DNA of 61,429 nucleotides from Octopus bimaculoides (taxonomy: Eukaryota): assembly GCF_001194135.2 (NCBI RefSeq), contig NC_068988.1:46926790-46988218 (forward strand), written 5' to 3'. The notes under the pieces are model-generated. The model saw only the letters and a program-made list of their open reading frames with translations, did not search any database and was not told the origin of the DNA. Below, in pieces: positions 38,544-50,928 of this stretch. The translations under genes and the position numbers were made by a program. Each line of letters begins with the position of its first letter. Position 1 is the first letter of the stretch.

Positions 38544-39409
38544 NNNNNNNNNNNNNNNNNNNNNNNNNNNNNNNNNNNNNNNNNNNNNNNNNNNNNNNNN
38601 NNNNNNNNNNNNNNNNNNNNNNNNNNNNNNNNNNNNNNNNNNNNNNNNNNNNNNNNNNNNNNNNNNNNNNNNNNNNNNNNNNNNNNNNNNNNNNNNNNNN
38701 NNNNNNNNNNNNNNNNNNNNNNNNNNNNNNNNNNNNNNNNNNNNNNNNNNNNNNNNNNNNNNNNNNNNNNNNNNNNNNNNNNNNNNNNNNNNNNNNNNNN
38801 NNNNNNNNNNNNNNNNNNNNNNNNNNNNNNNNNNNNNNNNNNNNNNNNNNNNNNNNNNNNNNNNNNNNNNNNNNNNNNNNNNNNNNNNNNNNNNNNNNNN
38901 NNNNNNNNNNNNNNNNNNNNNNNNNNNNNNNNNNNNNNNNNNNNNNNNNNNNNNNNNNNNNNNNNNNNNNNNNNNNNNNNNNNNNNNNNNNNNNNNNNNN
39001 NNNNNNNNNNNNNNNNNNNNNNNNNNNNNNNNNNNNNNNNNNNNNNNNNNNNNNNNNNNNNNNNNNNNNNNNNNNNNNNNNNNNNNNNNNNNNNNNNNNN
39101 NNNNNNNNNNNNNNNNNNNNNNNNNNNNNNNNNNNNNNNNNNNNNNNNNNNNNNNNNNNNNNNNNNNNNNNNNNNNNNNNNNNNNNNNNNNNNNNNNNNN
39201 NNNNNNNNNNNNNNNNNNNNNNNNNNNNNNNNNNNNNNNNNNNNNNNNNNNNNNNNNNNNNNNNNNNNNNNNNNNNNNNNNNNNNNNNNNNNNNNNNNNN
39301 NNNNNNNNNNNNNNNNNNNNNNNNNNNNNNNNNNNNNNNNNNNNNNNNNNNNNNNNNNNNNNNNNNNNNNNNNNNNNNNATATATATATATATATATATA
39401 TATATACAT

Positions 39410-39865
39410 GGTTAAGGAATTGGTTAAGGAATCGCTATTGGCTTTAACCATAGCCTCCAGACGACTTTGGAATCTCCTGCAACTTTTCTGGATGATCTCC
39501 TTTTTTAAGTTGGTGAATGTTTCCATAATCCTTGTCTTCAGTTCATCTTTGGCGTTACAAGGAGTTTTGTTGGTCTGTTGCTCAACTGTGTCCCACACAT
39601 AATAATCAAGGGGATTACAGTCCGGGGATATAGGTGGCCAGATGTTAGGGGTGATGTGGTTGCAGAAATTATCTGACAGCCATGACTGGGTTCTCCTGCT
39701 TGTGTGGCATGGTGCAGTGTCCTGTTGCCAGACATAGTGTCTTCCAGCAGCCACCCACTTACCCAGAGCAGTGCTATCTCCTCCAGGCACTTAAAGTAAG
39801 CCTCCATGTTGAATGTGAGGCTGTGTGGGAAGATGAATGGAGGCATAACGTCACCATCACTACAA
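39410..39865 (-). mobile_element. maT (DD37D) mariner-like transposase relic
   Basis: WQQDTAPCHTS...WPPISPDCNPLDYYVW, with exactly 37 residues between the second and third catalytic Asp; one frameshift upstream. No terminal repeat seen. Confidence 0.88.
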
Positions 39866-39971
39866 AATGAGTACTGGGTTCGATTTGTTCGACTAAAGGT
39901 GGTGCTCAAGCATGGCCACAGTCAAATGACTGAAACAAATAAAAGTGTAAAGAGTAATATATATATATATG

Positions 39972-40500
39972 CCAGTGGTGTAACCAGCCCACTTATGCGA
40001 ACCTTTCCTTCATTTGACACTAAACTCTGCTTGTTTAAACCCGTTGAGGCAAGTGAAATCAAATTCGAAATCAAATTCGATGACTACCATCCGTGCTAAG
40101 AGTACCATCTGAGCATGATCGTTGCCAGAGCAGCTGATTGGCTTCCGTGCCAGTGGCATGTAAAAAGTGTGATCATTACCAGTGTTGCCTTACTGGCACT
40201 TGTGAAGGAATAAATATTTGAGCGAGATCATTGCCAGTGTCACTAGACTGGCTCCTGTGCATGTGGCATGTAAAAAACACCATTTGAATGTGGTCATTGC
40301 CAGTAGTGCATGACTGGCCCTCGTGCCGGTGGCACGTAAAAGCACTTTCAGAGTGGTTGGCGTTAGGAAGGGCATCCAGCTATAGAAACTCTGCCAGATC
40401 AGATTGGAGCCTGGTGCAGCCATCTGGTTCGCCAGTCCTCAGTCAAATCGTCCAACCCATGCCAGCATGGAAAATGGACGTTAAACGATGATGATGATGA
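39972..40500 (+). mobile_element. GAT-tailed SINE-like element with an internal array of about 55-66-bp units
   Basis: Four related units at 40106-40345, then ggttggcgttaggaagggcatccagc...caacccatgccagcatggaaaatggacgttaaac(gat)n, an RTE-like tail. Confidence 0.85.
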
Positions 40501-40814
40501 TATATATATATATATATANNNNNNNNNNNNNNNNNNNNNNNNNNNNNNNNNNNNNNNNNNNNNNNNNNNNNNNNNNNNNNNNNNNAAGATATATAGATAG
40601 GTAGGTAGATAGATAGATAGATAGATAGACAAAATTAAGATCATGAGAAAAACAATACATTAACTGATTTAAAAAGAAAGTTTTTGTTATTTATCAGATT
40701 ATCTTTTTCACTGGAAGTTAATTTTGCCTTTCAACCATTCAGGTTTCATAGACTAAAATATTAATAAGTATTAATCTAGAACTGGTACCATCTATCCATC
40801 AATATTGCTGACCT

Positions 40815-41040
40815 TGTGAGGTGGCGAACTGGCAGAAATGTTAGCATGCTGGGTGAAATGCTTATGTTCTGAGTTCAAATTCCGCTGAGGTCAACTTTGC
40901 TTTTCATCCATTTGGGGTCAATACATTAAGTACCAGTTTCGTACTGGGGCCGATCTAATCGACTGGCCCCCTGCCCAAAAATTTTGGGCATTGTGCCTAG
41001 AGTAGGAAAGAATATTGCTGGCCTTGTGCCAAAATTAAAG
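40815..41040 (+). mobile_element. Meta-domain-like SINE
   Basis: ggcgaactggcagaaatgttagc head plus the shared core. Confidence 0.85.
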
Positions 41041-43222
41041 GCAAACTGTTTCTTGGTCGATTGATGGAAATTGTTAGAACACTGCATAAAAGGCCTAGAG
41101 GCATTTACTTTAAGAAGATCTCCAGTTGTAAAATGCTTCCTCGTAAAAACCATTTAACTCGTGCCAACATGGAACAGAAGAAATAAAAATGATTATCATG
41201 CTGATCATGATGGTGGTGGTGGTGGTGGTGCTGCTGCTACTGTTACTGGTGATGGTGGTGGCAGAATTGGTAATGATGTTGAGGACAACACTGCTGTGGC
41301 TACTACACTGCTGCAACCACTGACAATGGTGACAATGACAAGGATTATGATGATAATCAGTGATTATGATGTCAAATGCAGTCATCTTTTAATTTAAAAT
41401 AGCAAAACGTCACTGAAGGAGATTTGGCTGTTATTTCTGGCAGGCTAGTCAACCATATAGAAGCTTCCTGAAAACTGCAGGGAAGATAAAGAAACATACT
41501 TCTTGCTACTTAGTAGCAGATTAGTCATCATAATAAAGCAGAAGTCTGTCAAGTAACTTGTAATTAGTCATTTAACCCTTCAGACATAGCAACTAAACCT
41601 CCCTCTAATAAACCAATGAAGGAAAGCTGTCAAATCTTCCTTAGATCACATTCTACTGTCTTAAAAGCTGAATAACACTCTGAACAATATGAGCCTAGAT
41701 ACACAATATTTGAAAACGTGAAGATGAGATGTTCACAACAGTAGGGTTATTCTGCAATGGCCAGTGTATTTTAAAACTTGTTTGATATGGAACCCAAGTT
41801 GTTAAGTTCTTATTTATCAGTCAGCATAGTTTATAATAAAGACATGCTATTAAAAACTAGAATATAATTAAAGCAATATTTGATTGTCCATCAGCTCACG
41901 ACTTTTGCAATGCAAGCAGAGCTGACTGTGTCTAATATATGAAGAAAACTAGCAACACAGACTGGTGTGCAGTATTTATAAGCTACTGTTGAATGTTGGA
42001 AAGTAATTCCTCTTGAGAACCAGACAAAAGCTTGTTAGTTTTTAATGCATCTTGAATTAAATATATCCCTGCTAACTATTGTTTTCTGTTCAGCAGTATC
42101 TTTGAGTTGTACATTCTCTAAACAATTTCAGTTTCCTATGATACCTAGCATAGAACCATGTGCATTTATTTGTGATTCTCTCAACACTACCTTGGGATGT
42201 ATGCAGAAAACTATGCTTTGCTGACATGATTTTTTTCTATCAAATTGAAATCTATTTTGGGTTGTCTCTCGTTTTTATCAAAATATTCAAAACAATATTA
42301 GTCATTGTTTCATATTTTTTGTCTTCATTGAATTATTTTTGATTTGATTTTTAATGCACCCAGCATTATATGTAATTTTTTTTTTTTTAATCTGCCCTAG
42401 TATCTATTCTACTTCAACACTGTGTTGGCATTTTTTCAGGTTGATGCAACCCGGATGTTATCCCAGCCAGATTGTTTCAGCTGATATTGGAGGCTTGTCA
42501 CTGTTAACTGGATTGCAAAGCATTTTTTCTTCTCATGAGGAAGCCATGGATAGGAAATGAAATTTGAACACAAAATTCAAAGAACCAGAACAGTTACTGC
42601 AAAGTATATTCTCTGGAACATCACTAACAATTCCAGTTCAGTTAATCCATCACTATAGACCGGTATTTTATTTATGGACAATGGAAATATGAAATGCAAC
42701 ACTGACCTTGATGGAATTTGAACTGAGATTGTAGGAACTAGCACAAACATCACAAGATATTCTATTTGACATTCTTGCAAATTTGCCAGATCATCACCAT
42801 TTTCAACATATTAACACTACCTAAAGCTTTATAGTTTACCATTCTCTCTGCCCCAAAATATCAATGAACTTTTGTGAATCAAGTACTCAGTCCCAATTGT
42901 TTACCACTGAAACCTATTTTTATCAGTCTATAACCATTTTAAAAATATTCCCTATGAAGCACACTTTACACATTACACTTTTCAGAAGAAAATATTCCTC
43001 AGTTTTTTTTAGGTTTTCTTTTCATTCATTGTGGCATTGTGGTTCTTATGCCTGTCGCTTCTTGTTTAACATATTTAAGGATTGTGTGCATTTTATTAAA
43101 TATTTCAAATGCAAAAGATCTTTACAACCATTTTAGAATTATACCATTACCAGTTGTGCATAGTAACACAACACCCAGTCAGCAAAATAAAGCTTTTATG
43201 AAACAGCTATGATGTATAGTTT

Positions 43223-43565
43223 TGTAGTAACGCTTGCGCATGCGTAGTCTTACGCATGCGTAGTCTTACGCATGCGTAGAATTAAACAAGCAAGCGTTTC
43301 CTGCTCAATTCATCCTCTTTCTCGCTGGCCAGCGATTGAGCATGGACGTGTGTTTAAAAGCTGTCTCTACATCTTTCGGTCTTATACTCGACAGCTCGTT
43401 ATTCTCACCTCTAAAGATGCATAACTAAAGATATGTATATTTTACCACCTAAATAAATGTTGTTTAAGTTGTTTAGTCTGGAGTTCAGCGTTCCGTCTAT
43501 TTCTTTAATTTTATAGTAGAAAGTCAGGTATACAATCTAAAGATGTATAACCCGCTTTCTACTAA
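43223..43565 (+). mobile_element. Probable solo LTR (343 bp)
   Basis: Starts TGTAGT and ends ACTAA (ACTACA minus one base). 5-bp duplication AGTTT at 43218-43222 and 43566-43570; AATAAA at 43452-43457; CpG-rich. Confidence 0.65.
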
Positions 43566-45206
43566 AGTTTTATATGTGTCACCTCTTGCCATATTTGAAA
43601 TTTTCAAATGTTGCAAACATATTGTAGAAGTTGGATAAGTAGAACAGGATACTAGAGAATGAAAAAAGAGATCAACAGTTGATATCCTGTCACCAACACT
43701 GTTGTACTGTACTTACAATCATGGCAAAATTTGTAGTGTGAAAATGTCCCAGACCACATGGCTGATAACAAATTCACAGGAACAACTTATTACTCTAAAG
43801 AGCAGTATGGCAAAACTAATAAATATTTGGTTGGCTTCCTGTTCAAGAGTTCCGCTTCTTCCCTTCTATGGCAGTAGTTTGACAAGAATTTGAACTCCTT
43901 TGTTTTCACTGAAAAATCAATAAGATTGTTGACCCATTGACAGATGCCTTTGGTTATACAAAAAAAAGCAACTCATGTAACTGCTTAGACATCTGACAAC
44001 ATACAGATCGACGAAGTAAGTAAGGAAGAACACATGAGGTTTCCTTTCATCTTCCATTTCAGCATTTATTTCCTCCAGTTATAATCAATATTAATATCAA
44101 GGAAAATATGTTTACATTTATCAAATATATATAATGTATTGAATTTAATATCAATATTGTCTGGCTTCACTTCATTCACTTCAAAATTCATAAATTGATC
44201 TGAATTATGGAGAGGTAAAATAGCTGACTGGCTAAGATATTGGGCTATCAACATAACAATCACAAAACAGCTAAGTTGGTAAACTGCTGGACTACCTACC
44301 ACCTTATTACTCTCAAAACAATTGATTAAATAAGATGTTACATTAATAACTTGTTGGTCACCAAATGGCTAACAGGGAAAGAAATTGGACTACCAACCTA
44401 ATTAATCAAAAAACAGATAACAGTGTAGGGTACTAAATTATCAATTTAATTAGTCACAAAACTTTTGATTGAGTAAGATACATATGAGTCACTAGTCCAA
44501 ATTCCCATTAGATGTTTTGTTGTTTGTTGCCATGATGTTTTATTTATTCTGCATGTCTCAGCTTATCTAGCTGTAAAGGAATGCTATCAGAACTTGAAAA
44601 TTACCCATACTAGAATAGAATTCTCTCTAAGAAGAAATCAATCACTCTTTGTCTGTCTGCCCCCACCCAATCTATCTCTCCTTCCTCTTTCATCAGATTG
44701 AATTACATGGTCAAATTTAACACTTTTGTGACTATATTTCTTATGAAATATTACAGCTTTTGTGTTTCCAATAATTTTGAAGATAATTAAGAGTTTGAAA
44801 GGATGTAATCAAAATAATTAGCATTTACATTTATTTCTATTTAAAACTTGTGTTTGGAACATAACGGAACAAAACGTTTTTACATAAAATTTTGATGGAA
44901 AATTCAGAAATGAACATTTTAAGACTCAACAGTTTTGAATAAGAATCAAGACATGCTTTAAACTTGTCTGATATCAAAAGTGTTAAAATGAATTTTTTTT
45001 TTTTTTTTTTTTTTTTTTTGTAACAGATTACCTCCATTTCAGAAAATTGACTAGATAAATACTGATCTTATGTTTAAGGGGTTTTCTCCTATTTTTAAGG
45101 TTAAAATATCTCCATTTTAATTATCAGAATAAGTTCAGGTTTATATTTAGAGTGATCACAGTTGAATTCTTGCTTTTACAGTTTAAAAATCTCATGTTAT
45201 ACAGTA

Positions 45207-45465
45207 AATAAAATAAATGTGCCCTTTTAAAGCCTAGCCAGGCTCATGGGTCCGGTTTCCTGGTTTCAATGGCATATGTGTTCCCCAGCTGGATGGGACA
45301 CCAGTCCATCACAGCGTTACTCATTTTTGCCAGCTGAGTGGACTGGAGCAACGTGAAATGAAGTGTTTTGTTTAAGAACACAACGTGTTGCCCGGTCCAG
45401 AATCGAAACCACAATCCTATGATCATGGTGCTGACACCCTAACCACTAGGCCATGTGCCTCCACT
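45207..45465 (-). mobile_element. tRNA-derived SINE with a V-domain-like core and a 13-bp target-site duplication
   Basis: ATGTTATACAGTA at 45194-45206 and 45466-45478; A box tggcctagtgg; core gatggactggtgtcccatccag. Confidence 0.92.
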
Positions 45466-46259
45466 ATGTTATACAGTACTTTTGCTTAAATATGTTTGGC
45501 ATATATGAGTTGTCTGATGACTATATACAATATTCAGTGTAAGAATAGAATCAATATAAACAAATGCATTGTCTTACAAAAAAATAGAGACAACTTGACA
45601 GGACTCTAATATGATAAGCAACACTTTTCTTCAAACATGTTTGACATGCATGAATTGTCTTATCGCAGTATACACGACTAAATGTGAGAATGGTAACATT
45701 TTAAGCAGTTGTTATATGTTGTTTATAGCAATGGCAGGTATGATGAAACAACTTGGCAGGAATTCTAAGTAATACCAGATTAATAGAGACCAGTAACAGA
45801 AATAATTCCGAGTTACCATGTAGTAGGACTTTGTATCAGACAAAGCTGTCAGGCTGTGTATCAAGAATGCTGACTGATTGCTCCTCGGAGCTGATTTATA
45901 TGAAAAAGAGCCGATGTGAAGCTAGAGATATACTAACGTTTAGCAATAGGGCCTAAAAAGTAATGTTCTATGACTTTCAAAGACACCTAATTATGCTTAT
46001 TATGAACACTACTGAAGGTAGAGTGTCCGAGAGTAGAATAGGTAGACTATGAGCTGTGCAGCTTTTAGATATGTCGTGGGGTAGTTACAATTAAGGATAC
46101 CCTTTCCCTGAAGTGTGAATTAGTCGAGGCATTAGAGTGATGGACAAAATACCCCAAAGTATTTGTCCCAGTTCTCTCTATTCTGAGTCCAATTGCCACC
46201 AGTGTCAAATTTACCTTTCATCCTTTTAAGATCAACAAAACAGTACCATTCTATATTGG

Positions 46260-46530
46260 AGGGTTGGCAGAACTGTTAGACACTTGGGCAAGGAACCCTG
46301 CAATATATATTTCAGTAAAGGTGGGGAGCTGGCAGAAACATTAGCACACTGGGCGAAATGCTTAGCAATATTTCGTCTGTCATTGTGTTCTGAGTTCAAA
46401 TTCTGTCAGATTCGAATTTGCCTTTCACCCTTTTGGGGTCGATAAATTAAGTACCAGTTGCATACTGGGGTCGATCTAATCGACTTGCCCCTCCCCCCAA
46501 ATTGCAAGCCTTGTGTCTAGAGTAGAAAAG
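46260..46530 (+). mobile_element. Meta-domain-like SINE preceded by a partial second head (another fragment at about 46080-46250)
   Basis: ggggagctggcagaaacattagc head plus the shared core and tail. Confidence 0.85.
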
Positions 46531-47369
46531 AGCGTATATTTCAGCACTTTGCATTCTGACAGCGATGGCAGCAGCACACTGGCTTCAAGCTGTATCAGCC
46601 CAAGTCAGTTGTCCTTTCATTTGATAAAGTATCAGGGGATTAAAAAGGAAAAGTTTGCATGCCAGGATAAATACCACTCTTTTTTAGAAAAAAAAAATCC
46701 TGACCAAGGCCCGCACATACATGTGCAGGCATGTAGTCAAAATCAAGCTATCAGGACTCTGCTTTTTCCTAAATGTTTGGTTTTGTACTTATGTTAGAAA
46801 TCCTTATGTTGTTGAAGCTGCTGTTGTTGTCACTGTCTCTGTTGCAGATATCGTTATTATTTAACCTGATGTCAAACTTGACTTACGAATCTATGAATGA
46901 AAGCAGTCCACTCATGACCACCTTGTCATTTTTCTTTAATGCAAAGTACCCAGGATCATATAATTCATGTCCTTTGTTTTAAGTTAGAGGAATACGACTT
47001 AAGAAGATTTAGCTGCTACTTCTAGCAAGACAAATCATTATCAAGAGTCTCCCTCATTGGCTTAAAAGCTTTATTGTCATGGTAGTATTTTACTTTGAGA
47101 GAACGTCTTCATGGCTGTGTGGCCTTCTAGAAAAAGCAGCTAAATCTACCTCAGGCAACGTTATCATAGAAAACAGTAATGTTACCTGTATGGGTTGCAG
47201 TATGATAATCTTGTTATGTTATATCACCTCTACTCTCTAGTCTGTTTCTTTATTCCTGTTGTTTTTGTTGCAAGTTCAGCTTACATCAACCCAGATCAAA
47301 GAGAACTATTATCAAAGATGTTCTACATGTAACCATGTTGTCTTTTATTTCTGATATAATATAGTACAT

Positions 47370-47757
47370 GTAGAGGTGCAATGGCCCAGTGGTTAGGGCA
47401 ACGGACTCGCGGTCATAGGATCACGGTTTCAATTCCCAGACTGGGCGTTGTGAGTGTTTATCGAGCGAAAACACCTAAAGCTTCACGAGGTTCTGGCAGG
47501 GGATAGCGGCGAACCCTGCTGTACACTTCCACCACAGCCTTCTCTCACTCTTACTTCCTGTTTCTGTTGTGCCTGTAATTCAAAGGGTCAGCCTTGTCAC
47601 ACTGTGTCACGCTGAATATCCCCGAGAACTACATTAAGGGTACATGTGTCTGTGGAGTGCTCAGCCACTTGCACGTTAATTTCACGAGCAGGCTGTTCCG
47701 TTGATCGGATCAACTGGAACCCTCGACGTCGTAAGCGACGGAGTGCCAACAACATAG
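47370..47757 (+). mobile_element. Full-length tRNA-derived SINE with a 10-bp target-site duplication
   Basis: TATAGTACAT at 47360-47369 and 47758-47767; A box TGGCCCAGTGG at 47382-47392; B-box-like GGTTTCAATTCC at 47425-47436. Confidence 0.95.
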
Positions 47758-47800
47758 TATAGTACATATAGGACTACATTATTTAGTATATGATTCTTTC

Positions 47801-48016
47801 TTAATCCTTTAGTGTACAGATTACTCTCTCAAATGTAATGCTTATTTATTCATATTGTTTTGAATTTATCCTGCATTACCTTGTAGCCTTGAGATTTTGA
47901 TGATGTGAATTGCTTATGTTTAAAATGACATTTTAGGGTAGGTATGAGAGTCTAGATATGTCCAGTTTGAACATAAGGCAAGTAAAATATTTTGACTGGA
48001 TATAGCTGGTTTAAAA
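47801..48016 (+). mobile_element. piggyBac-type MITE, right end eroded
   Basis: Homologous to 20551-20778 and starts TTAATCCTTTAG. Confidence 0.75.
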
Positions 48017-49161
48017 TAGTTGAATGTGATTCAAAGTAGACTTAGTTGTTATTTCTAGAAGGGAAACGATTTTGGTGGACATTTCATCATTGGATCCTAT
48101 TGTATGCCATAGATTCTGGTGGAGGCCTTAGTAGAAGTGATTAAAGTAGTTTTTGATAGAGAGAAACAGTTTCTATTCTAGCAGCTACCAGTCATATACT
48201 TTGGAAGAATTTGCTTTATCAGCCTATTTACCATGCCATTAACATTATTATTTATATACTAGCATTATTATTTATATTCCATAGACAAATCTTGTACTTT
48301 CTACCAATTTACTCTATGTAGTTTTCATTTATTTATTTATCTATTTATTGATTAAAATTTTTTTTTTTGGTAATTTTATTAAAATTCTAATTAAAAAAAT
48401 TCAATTTTGTAACTGTTTTTTATATTCCTCATAATTTTTTACTGCTTTAAATCATTCTGATTTATATTTTGTTCTTGTTGTTGCTGTGTTTCAGAAGAAA
48501 ATCCTTAATCTTACTTTAATCACAGAGCTTATTTTTAATCTATAATATCTCTCATAAGTCTTTCTCTAAATTCGTCTAATCTCTAAAACTATAAATTGAA
48601 AATTTTTTTAAATTAATAATGATGATGATGATATTAGTAATAATAATGATAACAACAATAATAATAATGATGCTGTTGGTTGCGGTGACGACGATGATGA
48701 TGATGATGCAAGTAACAGCAAAAATAACAATGACGATAACAAAGCAAATAATAAAATGTAATTTAAAAAAAAAAATACATGAAAGCATGGGAATTAAACC
48801 ATTGCATGCAAACCACTAAAATTATCAGAAGACAAATGCATTAGATATAAAAAATAGAACCTATTAAAAAGAACAACAACAACAAAATAAATAAATAAAT
48901 AAAAAAACAGCATGAATCCTACGAATATATTTATGCACATAATCATACATAACGCACACACATGCATGTATAGTTGTGCATAATATTTATACATTACATA
49001 TTTATTACATAAAGAAATTAAAAGGAAAATAGGAAATCTGAAAGCGCATTCAGCATTCAAAATATATAAACACATGGATACATACTTACATACATACATA
49101 TATGTGTGTGTGTATATACATATATATGTACATATGTATATTTGTATGCATATACACATGC

Positions 49162-49231
<70 letters not shown>

Positions 49232-49446
49232 NNNNNNNNNNNNNNNNNNNNNNNNNNNNNNNNNNNNNNNNNNNNNNNNNNNNNNNNNNNNNNNNNNNNN
49301 NNNNNNNNNNNNNNNNNNNNNNNNNNNNNNNNNNNNNNNNNNNNNNNNNNNNNNNNNNNNNNNNNNNNNNNNNNNNNNNNNNNNNNNNNNNNNNNNNNNN
49401 NNNNNNNNNNNNNNNNNNNNNNNNNNNNNNNNNNNNNNNNNNNNNN

Positions 49447-49530
<84 letters not shown>

Positions 49531-49925
49531 TTATGCATATTAATGCTTGTATGAATATATGGATATATATACAATATGAATGAACAAAGTCAAATGAAAA
49601 GAAAAACCACATAAATTCCAAATAGCAAAAGTATATACTCACTGGGACATGCATATATACATCATACTTAATGCACTCCAATCCCTCACACACAATCACA
49701 TGTATGTATATATTTATAGCCTGGGGAAAACGATGGAAAAAAATTATAATTCAAATTAGGTAAAATCTTACACACGTGAATATATATATATCTATATATA
49801 TATGTGTGTGTCTGAGTATTTATATATGTATATATATATGCATATATACATATATATATATATATATATACACATACATATATATGTATGTATTTATGTA
49901 TATATATATATATATACACACACAC

Positions 49926-49965
<40 letters not shown>

Positions 49966-50895
49966 CACAAATACTCATACACATAGTGTCATAATTAATT
50001 ATATACGCCATAATACATAGGTAGATGTGTATATAGATATGTATTGCATGTATGTATACATTTAAAAACATACAGAAACAAAAGGCAAATTTGAAATTTC
50101 AAAAAAAAAAAAGAAAAGAATTGAAGAAACTGAAAAAAATAAAATGGCGAAGAAAATAGACAAAAATGAAAAGGAATTGAAGAATTACGCACCTGCAATG
50201 TAGTGCATTGAATTTCTAGAATGTTCAGTTGTAAGAATTTGTTGAATTATTTATGGTTCTTTTGTAATAACAGTGAACATAATATACAAGTAAATGGAAA
50301 AGAATGGAAGTAAAAAGAAATTTCCAAAATATATTTACAGCAAAATTTCAAAATGTGCGGCAATGAAATAGCAACAATAGCAATAATATTCAAAGAAATA
50401 TGAAACATGCAGAGAAGGGAATCTTGCTTTCACTTTCACTTTCTCTCGAGCACATACAAACCANNNNNNNNNNNNNNNNNNNNNNNNNNNNNNNNNNNNN
50501 NNNNNNNNNNNNNNNNNNNNNNNNNNNNNNNNNNNNNNNNNNNNNNNNNNNNNNNNNNNNNNNNNNNNNNNNNNNNNNNNNNNNNNNNNNNNNNNNNNNN
50601 NNNNNNNNNNNNNNNNNNNNNNNNNNNNNNNNNNNNNNNNNNNNNNNNNNNNNNNNNNNNNNNNNNNNNNNNNNNNNNNNNNNNNNNNNNNNNNNNNNNN
50701 NNNNNNNNNNNNNNNNNNNNNNNNNNNNNNNNNNNNNNNNNNNNNNNNNNNNNNNNNNNNNNNNNNNNNNNNNNNNNNNNNNNNNNNNNNNNNNNNNNNN
50801 NNNNNNNNNNNNNNNNNNNNNNNNNNNNNNNNNNNNNNNNNNNNNNNNNNNNNNNNNNNNNNNNNNNNNNNNNNNNNNNNNNNNNNNNNNNNNNN

Positions 50896-50928
<33 letters not shown>

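Noticed and set aside
38117-39790. 557-aa ORF as an intact transposase
   Set aside because: Only about 125 aa are transposase-like; the rest is gap, TA repeat and SINE antisense.
40106-40345. CRISPR-like repeat/spacer appearance
   Set aside because: Eukaryotic context, whole units are homologous, the variable part is only 8 nt, there are no cas genes, and it lies inside a SINE-like element.
42441-42560. Possible terminal exon (LMQPGCYPSQIVSADIGGLSLLTG...)
   Set aside because: A good acceptor, but no recognisable family and no compatible upstream exon.
47370-47445. tRNA genes (also at about 8930-9002, 30480-30547, 38286-38360, 45390-45465)
   Set aside because: These are A/B-box heads of SINEs, followed by shared bodies and tails and flanked by target duplications; no complete cloverleaf.
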